Shown here piece by piece: positions 57,294 to 64,000 of a stretch of 64,000 bases of DNA. Where the stretch lies: positions 32,001 through 96,000 of the IMG/VR virus record IMGVR_UViG_3300030380_006185; one strand, written 5' to 3'. Numbering within the stretch: position 1 is the first letter of the stretch; each line of letters starts with the position of its first letter. Below the pieces are notes generated by a model. It did not search any database. It saw nothing but the letters and a program-made list of their open reading frames with translations, and was not told the origin of the DNA. The stretch comes from a virus. Position numbers and translations under genes: made by a program.

Positions 57294-57542
57294 TTATTTT
57301 ACTATGTAAACCATTTCTTGTCCCTTTTTTTCTCCTTCAGTCCACTTTGCAATTCCATGATTTTTACGAATATCAGAGATAATTCTACCTGCTTCGTTTT
57401 CAGAAATGTTTTTAAAGGATAAAGTGGTTTGGATACATTTTTTCTTCTTAGGTTTAAGAACAACGTTCTCTTTTGTGCCAACATTTACTTGATTTACTTC
57501 AAAAAATACTGGTTCTTCTAAGTGTACTGTTAATCTTGTCAT
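57294..57542 (-). CDS. Hypothetical protein
   Basis: ORF track; promoter upstream. Confidence 0.55.
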   Translation of the reverse strand: MTRLTVHLEEPVFFEVNQVNVGTKENVVLKPKKKKCIQTTLSFKNISENEAGRIISDIRKNHGIAKWTEGEKKGQEMVYIVK

Positions 57543-57597
57543 AACTTTTAATTTTTTAATATACTAAAATATACAAAACATTTATTAAGATACCTAC

Positions 57598-58062
57598 CTA
57601 TTCTGGTAGGATTCCAATATGGGATAATGCATCTATGTATTCTCTTTCTGGGAAGTATTTTATATTATCCATGTCCATTCTATATTCCATGAATTCACCT
57701 TCTTTACCAGGTATAGGGTATTTTTCTTTATCTTCTTCAGAAACTTTAACAGCTTTAACTGCTGCCCACCCCCATTGACTTGAATTAGATCCATTAGCAA
57801 ATATCATTCCTATACCTTTTTGGTTAATAGTATTTGGAATCCATACGAGTTTTGTTTTTGGGTCTTCCCAAGCTAAATCTTTATATAATTCAGGTAAAAC
57901 CTCCATTTGATGATTATAAAAATCTTCACCTTCTTTCATCAAACTGTTTGTCCAAAACCCACAACTCAAACTTAAGTAGTTAGTAATGTCAGGTGTTACT
58001 TGAGTTTTATAACATAAATCTCCTCCTGATTTTGGGCAGTTAATTATTTCTTCGTGTGTCAT
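57598..58062 (-). CDS. Hypothetical protein
   Basis: ORF track. Confidence 0.55.
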   Translation of the reverse strand: MTHEEIINCPKSGGDLCYKTQVTPDITNYLSLSCGFWTNSLMKEGEDFYNHQMEVLPELYKDLAWEDPKTKLVWIPNTINQKGIGMIFANGSNSSQWGWAAVKAVKVSEEDKEKYPIPGKEGEFMEYRMDMDNIKYFPEREYIDALSHIGILPE

Positions 58063-59375
58063 ACTTTTTTTAGTTTTGGTAATTGCAATTTTGGTAGTTC
58101 TGGTTTATCCTTTTTTATTTTTTTTAATTTAGGTAATTTTAATTCTACTTGTTTTGGGAATTCAGGTAATCTTTCTGTGAGTACTTTATCTATTTTTTCT
58201 TTCATTGCTTCAAATGAAAACTTTGATCTAGAATGAAAGCCTTGTCGTTTTGCTAAATCTTTATATCTTTTATAATTTGTAAAAATGTCTTTAAAATAGT
58301 GCCCTACTTGACCGGTATCAACATTAAACCATTGTGCTTCTTTTAATAACATATTGTTTGCTGCTGAAGGGTGAACTTCTTTTAAAGTTCCACTCATCAT
58401 TGTTGTAAAGTTAGGATTAAGATAATCTGTATGCCCACTCCAATTTGTTGTTAAAATTGGTTTGTTGGTTAAAGAAAATTCAAGTAGTGGTCTACCAAAT
58501 CCTTCACCTTTAGTTAAATTAACCATCGCTTTAACTTTTGAATGGTTGTATATCTCATTCATTTCCTCATCAGTAAACTCACCATGTAGTAAATATACAT
58601 TTGGTAAATTCTTTGATTTACAAGTAGCTTTAATTGCTTTAATTTTTTCAATTATAGTATCTCTATCCATATAAGAGGATCCAACTTGAGATGTTTTTAA
58701 AATAAGAGCAGGTTTCTTTGATTTATTTTTAAATGTTTCAAAAAACGCTTTTATCATTAACCCAACATTTTTTCTATCTTCACCTATATCTCCTTGAATC
58801 CAATGTCCTACAAACAAATATGCAAATGATTCTTTTACATTAGATAAATCAAATGTTGATTGTATTGGTTTATAAACATCTGTGTTTACTCCTTCAAACA
58901 TTATTTCACTTTCACCTTCCCATATAATATGCCCTACAGGTTGGTTTGTTTGTTTATCTCTTTTTTCAAATTTACTATTCTTTAAAACATCAATTGTATG
59001 TTTAGAAGAACCTAAAATTAAATCCATTCTTCTACAACCTTCAACCCATTCAGCAGGTGCTATAGTTGTTTCAATCCCTGCTGTAATTCCAATATTATAT
59101 TTACCTACTTTTTGAAATTCATTTGGAACTGTTATTTGTGCCCAAATCTCTGGTTGGGATGGTAATTGAGGGGTGGTTAATAAAAGTGGTTCTAGGAAAT
59201 CCCATTCAGGATTATTTTTAATAAAACCAAATGGGGTGTTTCCCCATCTTTGAGGTAGAATTTTTACATCATATTTTTCTAATTCTACAACTGCTTTAAC
59301 TATATCTCTTGATCTTGCTCCATATCCAGAGTAAGTATCAATAGGACAGCTTATTACAAATACTGGTTTGCTCAT
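58059..59375 (-). CDS. Glycosyltransferase family 4 (GT-B)
   Basis: SGYG, GEGFGRPLLE, TNWSGHTDY. Confidence 0.85.
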   Translation of the reverse strand: MSKPVFVISCPIDTYSGYGARSRDIVKAVVELEKYDVKILPQRWGNTPFGFIKNNPEWDFLEPLLLTTPQLPSQPEIWAQITVPNEFQKVGKYNIGITAGIETTIAPAEWVEGCRRMDLILGSSKHTIDVLKNSKFEKRDKQTNQPVGHIIWEGESEIMFEGVNTDVYKPIQSTFDLSNVKESFAYLFVGHWIQGDIGEDRKNVGLMIKAFFETFKNKSKKPALILKTSQVGSSYMDRDTIIEKIKAIKATCKSKNLPNVYLLHGEFTDEEMNEIYNHSKVKAMVNLTKGEGFGRPLLEFSLTNKPILTTNWSGHTDYLNPNFTTMMSGTLKEVHPSAANNMLLKEAQWFNVDTGQVGHYFKDIFTNYKRYKDLAKRQGFHSRSKFSFEAMKEKIDKVLTERLPEFPKQVELKLPKLKKIKKDKPELPKLQLPKLKKV

Positions 59376-59381
59376 AACTTT

Positions 59382-60821
59382 TTAGTATAATAATTCGTGA
59401 TTAATTGTATCTTCTTCAACTTCATTTACATTGATTAGCTCATATTTTTCGCGTGGAGTCCACGTGTTAAATAATTTATCTATCGCATTAATTGCGCGTT
59501 CTGCCATAGCTTCACTTGTAAGTCCTGCTTTTTCTACAGCCCACTCTCTACCTTCTTTACCTAAACGTTTTCTTTCATCTCTACCCATATAATATAAATT
59601 TTCAATTTGGATAGTTGCATCTTCAGGTTTGCACCTATCATCCCAAATATAAGGGGTTTTAGGAGAACCTTGTAAAGATCTATTTGTTGGGAATACTGGG
59701 AATGACCAACTTCCATGTTTTTGATATCTTCCAGTATGATTTGAAGGTATTTCAGGGGTTGGTTCATACCAATTCCCATCTTCATCTTCAAATCCCATTT
59801 GGTCTTGCATTCCACCAGTTACATTAGCTATAATTGGAGTACCTGCTAATATTGCTTCGGTTAATGTTAATCCCCAACCTTCATTTGAAGTTAATAATAT
59901 TTGAGCATCAGCTAAATTATACATAAAATTTAACTCTTTATTTCCTAACTTACTAGTAGAGAATAAAATTGCTTCAGGGTAATCTTTAAATAAAATTTTT
60001 CTTACTTCCTCAAGATTAGTTCCATGCTCACTTACTATTTCAGTATGGAGAATTAAAGAACACTTTTCTGCTTTTTCTTTAGGTAATTTATCTAAAAAGT
60101 ATCTAAACGCAAGCATTGTATCTGGGATTTGTTTTCTTCTAATGTTTCTTGAATTGAAAAATAAAACAAAATCTTTTTCTTTCCCACCAAAGATATGTGA
60201 TTTAAATTGTTCAAATTCTTTTAGATCAGATTCATTTTCAAGTGGGTAATAAATGTTATGATTTAAACCATGTGGAACATATTCTATTACTTTATTTTTT
60301 GCTTTATCTCCTAAAACAAGTTCATTTATAAGCTTTGTTTGTTTGGAAATAGCTAAAAGTGCATCACATGACTCGTAAAATGATTTATTATAAAGAGGAG
60401 TTGGATAATCATCCCAAATATTCAAATAAATAATTGGAACCTCTTGTCTAATTTCATTTTCCATAGCAAACAACCACTCAAAATATCTTGGATCAGTAAT
60501 AATCATTATAGCATCAGGCTTTTCAGTAGCCATTAATTGTCTAACTAAATTCCCATCTCCATAACCATCTACAGGATATAAAAATACTGAGGAATCTTCT
60601 ATTTCTGCATTTTTATTTGTATCGGAAGATAAATCAAATCTTTTACCTTTTTCAGGGTGTTTTATAGCTCCTGCTACATTAACCCAATTAAAGTGTTGGC
60701 AAGTATTAATTACCATTTCACGAGCAACTGTTGCTACTCCTGAGTGGACTCTAATATCATCGCAAATTAATAGGATTTTTTTTCTCTCATTTTGAGGGAG
60801 ATAACCAAATTTTTCTTTCAT
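59382..60821 (-). CDS. Glycosyltransferase family 4 (GT-B)
   Basis: HSGVA, VPHG, RNIRRK, NEGWGLTLTEA. Confidence 0.85.
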   Translation of the reverse strand: MKEKFGYLPQNERKKILLICDDIRVHSGVATVAREMVINTCQHFNWVNVAGAIKHPEKGKRFDLSSDTNKNAEIEDSSVFLYPVDGYGDGNLVRQLMATEKPDAIMIITDPRYFEWLFAMENEIRQEVPIIYLNIWDDYPTPLYNKSFYESCDALLAISKQTKLINELVLGDKAKNKVIEYVPHGLNHNIYYPLENESDLKEFEQFKSHIFGGKEKDFVLFFNSRNIRRKQIPDTMLAFRYFLDKLPKEKAEKCSLILHTEIVSEHGTNLEEVRKILFKDYPEAILFSTSKLGNKELNFMYNLADAQILLTSNEGWGLTLTEAILAGTPIIANVTGGMQDQMGFEDEDGNWYEPTPEIPSNHTGRYQKHGSWSFPVFPTNRSLQGSPKTPYIWDDRCKPEDATIQIENLYYMGRDERKRLGKEGREWAVEKAGLTSEAMAERAINAIDKLFNTWTPREKYELINVNEVEEDTINHELLY

Positions 60822-60857
60822 ATAACTTTTTTATTTTTTAAATATAAAACTTAGATT

Positions 60858-61046
60858 TTAATCTTCCAAGCTTAAATTTGTGTGGTTATGAATTTGTTTT
60901 CTAAATTCTTCATCCGTTAAATATAAATGGATTGCTCTTTCGGATAATTTTTGAAATGAAAACTTTCTCTTAATACATTCTACTTTAAATGTTTCAAACA
61001 GTGTTTTATCAATTTTTACACTAGTTAATTGTTGATCTTTTGACAT
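60858..61046 (-). CDS. Ribbon-helix-helix-like small DNA-binding protein
   Basis: LTSVKID..LFE.FK...SFQKL.ERAI. Confidence 0.55.
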   Translation of the reverse strand: MSKDQQLTSVKIDKTLFETFKVECIKRKFSFQKLSERAIHLYLTDEEFRKQIHNHTNLSLED

Positions 61047-61090
61047 TATATTCTTATTTTAATATTGTTGGATATACATATATGAGTATT

Positions 61091-62041
61091 TTAGTAAGTC
61101 GCAGAACATAAGTGAGTTTTGTTAAAAGGACACCAATGACAGTTTTTATGTGGAGTTGGTTGATGATCTTTATCTAAATACCCATCTTGACCAAATGCTT
61201 CATTTATAAAATTATTAAGGGATTTTTGAACTCTATTCATCTTAACTTTACCTGAGGGGGGTGTGAATGTTTGGATTCTTCTAATTACAAATTCTTTACT
61301 TTCGTATAGTTTACGTTTAACGATAAAAAACTCAACCTCTATTTTTTCAACGGGAACATTATATAGTTCAGCAAAATATTTTTTATACAACACCAATTGA
61401 AGTTGTTTATTTTCATCTGATTTCATTGTTTTATTCCAACCAGATTTGCTTGTTTTAATATCTATAATTTTAAATGTTTGGGTTGGTTCATGATACATTA
61501 CAACATCTAAATATCCCTGTAATAATAGGTTAGGTTTATATTTATGAGGTGTTACTTTAACAGGTACTTCACATCCAACTAAATGCCAACCACGTTTTGA
61601 AAAATATTTTTTCTTTCTTTTAGCAAATTCTCTAATTATTTCAACTCCATCTTCATAAAACTCTCTTAGCTCTTCTGGGGATGAGAAATGTTGTTTATTA
61701 TTGGATTTGTATTGTTTGATATATTCTTCTCTAAGAGTTTCCTCTAACATTTCAGAGGTATTTATTCGATCTGCTTCAGCATAGCTTTTATCATACATTA
61801 CTGTAAGGTAATGTTGTAATACTTCGTGCAAAGCGGTTCCAAATACAGTATGGATACTTGAGGTGAATTGTTTATGACCTTCTCTATATTGTAATGACCA
61901 TTTTTTAGGGCATTCATTAAACATAGATAGTTGAGAATAAGAAATTGCCTTTTGATAAGCAAAATTTATCTCAGGCAATTGTTTCTCTCTAATCTCTTTG
62001 AGGATAGAGGGTTTTTTCTTTGACATAACTATAAAATACAA
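61091..62041 (-). CDS. PD-(D/E)XK nuclease, AddB/Cas4-like with Cys cluster
   Basis: ISYSQL...CPKKW, FGTALH, GYLD, IIDIKTS, QL..Y, CHWCPF....C; probable start ATG 62026. Confidence 0.8.
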   Translation of the reverse strand: MYFIVMSKKKPSILKEIREKQLPEINFAYQKAISYSQLSMFNECPKKWSLQYREGHKQFTSSIHTVFGTALHEVLQHYLTVMYDKSYAEADRINTSEMLEETLREEYIKQYKSNNKQHFSSPEELREFYEDGVEIIREFAKRKKKYFSKRGWHLVGCEVPVKVTPHKYKPNLLLQGYLDVVMYHEPTQTFKIIDIKTSKSGWNKTMKSDENKQLQLVLYKKYFAELYNVPVEKIEVEFFIVKRKLYESKEFVIRRIQTFTPPSGKVKMNRVQKSLNNFINEAFGQDGYLDKDHQPTPHKNCHWCPFNKTHLCSATY

Positions 62042-62091
62042 AAAAAGCCTGTCAAAGACAAGCTTTAATTTAATTTATATAAGAGTTTAGT

Positions 62092-62436
62092 TTATTTTCT
62101 ATTATAATCGTCTTCAATTCTTACTATATCATCTTCTCCAAAATACGAGCCGTGTTGGACTTCTATAAAGACTAAATCTTTTTCTTCTTTATTTTCAACT
62201 CTATGTTTTACACCTTGAGGAATTAAAACAGTTTCTCCATACTCATAATTACGTATTTCATCATCAAGAGTTATAGTGGCAACCCCAGAAACAACTGTCC
62301 ACACCTCACTTCTTTTAAAATGATATTGGTAACTAAGTCTACCTCCTGGGATAACAGTTATTTGTTTTACTTTACATTTTTCATTTGAGAGGAGAATTTC
62401 GTATTTACCCCAAGGTCTACTTTCATTTTCTTCCAT
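62092..62436 (-). CDS. Cupin, mannose-6-phosphate isomerase type II C-terminal domain
   Basis: RPWG, LSYQYHFKRSEVW, HRVEN, IEVQHGSYFGEDDIVR. Confidence 0.85.
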   Translation of the reverse strand: MEENESRPWGKYEILLSNEKCKVKQITVIPGGRLSYQYHFKRSEVWTVVSGVATITLDDEIRNYEYGETVLIPQGVKHRVENKEEKDLVFIEVQHGSYFGEDDIVRIEDDYNRK

Positions 62437-62442
62437 AGTGTT

Positions 62443-62865
62443 TTATTTTTTTAATAGCCAACTACTAGATTGTATCTTGTCACCAAGCCCATCTAAAAGT
62501 TTTATCCCTAATTCATTGCAAATTGGACTTTCTGGGATAGATTGGTTGTTTTGGTCTCCTCCATTGGCAAAATATAATTCCCATGTTTTACCATATTCAT
62601 TATGGATATGTTTTAGGGTTTCTATTTGCGTTCTGTCTTCATCTATAGAAATTAAAGCATGTCCAACATATTTTATAGAACTTACTATTTCTAATCTTTC
62701 ATTTTCTTCTTGGAATTCTTTTGATCCCTTTAATTCTCTTTGTAGGTCAGAATTAACTATAGCTATGACATAATCATCACTAAATTCTTTAGCTTTTCTT
62801 AAAAGTTCTAGGTGTCCTTTATGGATGGGGTTAAAATATCCACTAACTATAACTACTTTTCTCAT
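62443..62865 (-). CDS. Cytidylyl/adenylyltransferase (TagD/RfaE-like)
   Basis: SGYFNPIHKGH, FANGGD, KIQSSS; start reassigned to ATG 62865. Confidence 0.85.
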   Translation of the reverse strand: MRKVVIVSGYFNPIHKGHLELLRKAKEFSDDYVIAIVNSDLQRELKGSKEFQEENERLEIVSSIKYVGHALISIDEDRTQIETLKHIHNEYGKTWELYFANGGDQNNQSIPESPICNELGIKLLDGLGDKIQSSSWLLKK

Positions 62866-62867
62866 TT

Positions 62868-62936
62868 TTAACAATTACAGCAGTTACAGCTACAACTAGT
62901 TTTACATTTACATGTTTGGCAGTTACAATCTTTCAT
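62868..62936 (-). CDS. Metallothionein-like micro-peptide (22 aa, 9 Cys)
   Basis: Hand translation MKDCNCQTCKCKTSCSCNCCNC; fills the gap between two genes exactly; A-rich start context. Confidence 0.65.
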   Translation of the reverse strand: MKDCNCQTCKCKTSCSCNCCNC

Positions 62937-62942
62937 TTTTTT

Positions 62943-63179
62943 TTATTTTATGATTCCGGCTCTCACCATCATTTTTTTTCTTTCAGCTAGTGCTTCTTCT
63001 CCACCCATTATAGCTTCAAAATCAATCATCCCTAACTCACCAGCAACTCTACTCAATTCAATCATATTATTTGCTACTTTACGGAGTTCTTCATCAGATG
63101 AAGCATCATCTTTAGCAAATTCTAGTACTCGAAGGAGTAAAGGGATTGATAATTCAACTGTAGTTTTTGGGTTTCTCAT
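62943..63179 (-). CDS. Hypothetical, probable head-internal protein
   Basis: IPLLLRVLEFAKDD; C-terminal MMVRAGIIK. Confidence 0.5.
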   Translation of the reverse strand: MRNPKTTVELSIPLLLRVLEFAKDDASSDEELRKVANNMIELSRVAGELGMIDFEAIMGGEEALAERKKMMVRAGIIK

Positions 63180-63565
63180 TATGCAAATTTTGCTCTTACT
63201 GCAGCTCCTAAATCCGCATCATTAGAATGTTTTTTAATCATTTTTCTAACTTCTCCTCTAATAGCTTCTGCACTAGCATCAATTCCTACTGCTTCTTCCA
63301 TTGTATCATCTTCTTCATAGTATGATTCTTTTACATCATCTTCCTCATACATACCTTCTTTAACTTCTTTTTCCTCTTTTTCTTCTCCTTCATTCATAAA
63401 ATGCTCAAAAGCCATTTCATAATCTGATTTTTCACGAGGTGGGATTTGGGTAATTGCTTCAACTCCAACGATTCCACCAGCCATGTAGTGTTCGTTTAAG
63501 TTTTCTTTTTCTTCATTAACAGGCACTCCTGCTAATTTTTGCATTCGATTTAATTCTTTTGACAT
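63179..63565 (-). CDS. Glu-rich probable head-internal/scaffold-like protein
   Basis: RMQKLAG; repeated hydrophobic-X-E (LNE, MNE, VKE, MEE); late-type motif upstream. Confidence 0.55.
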   Translation of the reverse strand: MSKELNRMQKLAGVPVNEEKENLNEHYMAGGIVGVEAITQIPPREKSDYEMAFEHFMNEGEEKEEKEVKEGMYEEDDVKESYYEEDDTMEEAVGIDASAEAIRGEVRKMIKKHSNDADLGAAVRAKFA

Positions 63566-63588
63566 TTTATAGTATTTTATTATAAATA

Positions 63589-63798
63589 TTAACCTTTTAT
63601 TGTTCTTTCAATTTTTTCAAGATAAAGTATAGCATCCATATGTTCTTGTTTAGCATGTTCTATCCAATCTAGGATGCCTAAGTCTGTTCTATCTAAATCT
63701 GTATTGTATTTTTCTTTTCCAAATTTAGCTCTTTCAATAAATTGATCAATAACTGAATCAACTATTGAGTCTGTTTTTTCAATTTTTCTTTTTTTCAT
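63589..63798 (-). CDS. Conserved phage hypothetical protein (all-alpha NTP-PPase-like)
   Basis: ERAKFGKEKYNTDLDR...WIEHAKQEHMDAILYL; start reassigned to ATG 63798. Confidence 0.55.
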   Translation of the reverse strand: MKKRKIEKTDSIVDSVIDQFIERAKFGKEKYNTDLDRTDLGILDWIEHAKQEHMDAILYLEKIERTIKG

Positions 63799-64000
63799 GT
63801 ATGTACCAAGGTAAAGTGTCTTTTTTCTTTTTAGGTTTTTCATACCAACCTACATTAGGAAGAATTGTACCTAAATGACTTTTATCTAATAATTCAATGT
63901 TATAGGTTTTAGGAGATTTAATTTCTATTATTTCTCCTGTATAGCTTTCTCCTAAAAATGTACAATGTACTTTATCTCCTATTTTTAGTTTTTTACCCAC
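63779..64000 (-). CDS. Small SH3-like hypothetical protein (at window edge)
   Basis: LKIGDKV...GEIIEI. Confidence 0.45.
   Translation of the reverse strand: MGKKLKIGDKVHCTFLGESYTGEIIEIKSPKTYNIELLDKSHLGTILPNVGWYEKPKKKKDTLPWYIHEKKKN

Larger units (their letters stand above)
22410..62062 (-). promoter_or_regulatory. Bacteroidota-type promoters TTG-N20-TAnnTT (dispersed copies)
   Basis: G of TTG at 22442, 24080, 46421, 49310, 52640, 60867, 62059; resembles the Bacteroidota -33 TTG / -7 TAnnTTTG consensus. Confidence 0.6.
1903..63589 (-). promoter_or_regulatory. Putative late promoter ATAT(T/G)TAT(A) (dispersed copies)
   Basis: A few to ~30 nt upstream of starts at ~1905, 6803, 14525, 17146, 20176, 25216, 25751, 48138, 49810, 61074, 63582; mostly structural or head-type genes. 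Confidence 0.6.

Noticed and set aside
39089-59815. Nested minus-strand ORFs 39089..39277, 54446..54640, 57302..57484 and 59561..59815
   Set aside because: Alternative frames inside better-supported genes.
61091-62041. Cas4 as evidence of a CRISPR-Cas system
   Set aside because: Solo PD-(D/E)XK nuclease of a kind common in phages; no cas1/cas2 or array nearby.
71-63225. All + strand ORFs in the track (e.g. 462..860, 26859..27185, 48617..48916, 62438..62773)
   Set aside because: They lie antisense to well-supported minus-strand genes or tRNAs, have shadow-like F/S/I/L-rich composition and lack promoter or start context.
1-64000. Stop-codon reassignment
   Set aside because: Long genes are uninterrupted in the standard code; TAA, TAG and TGA all end genes at sensible junctions; no suppressor tRNA was seen.

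Overview
A 64-kb fragment of a large, AT-rich, contractile-tailed (T4-superfamily-like) phage genome. Essentially all real genes are on the minus strand and read in the standard code. The host is most likely Bacteroidota/Flavobacteriia: there are no Shine-Dalgarno sites, A-rich AAAAGTTATG start contexts, TTG-N19/20-TAnnTT promoters and a T9SS type-B sorting domain. Layout from left to right: nucleotidyltransferase/kinase/nuclease/primase genes (1-4.1 kb), a baseplate/tail module (4.1-19.8 kb), a gp55-like sigma factor and HD hydrolase, a GC-rich cruciform-like non-coding element (~26 kb), an early/host-takeover region of short ORFs (26.3-44 kb), five tRNAs (47.5-48.7 kb) and a sugar/glycosylation cluster (51-63 kb). 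The early ORFs are driven by ~31 copies of a bipartite promoter with invariant spacing. The most striking feature is a ~2.3-kb island (29.1-31.4 kb) where the + (template) strand is almost free of G: 35 G in 2340 nt by hand count, with G-free runs of 409 and 376 nt. Five intact, individually promoted genes there give nearly cytosine-free mRNAs and proteins that lack or nearly lack Ala/Pro/Gln/His/Thr. The island is bracketed by oppositely oriented TATTACCA repeat clusters and lies near a structured RNA candidate that carries an antisense copy of the early-gene leader. A 22-aa, 9-Cys metallothionein-like peptide and a large partial ORF missed by the ORF track were also found. All family assignments come from motif recognition; no database searches were run.
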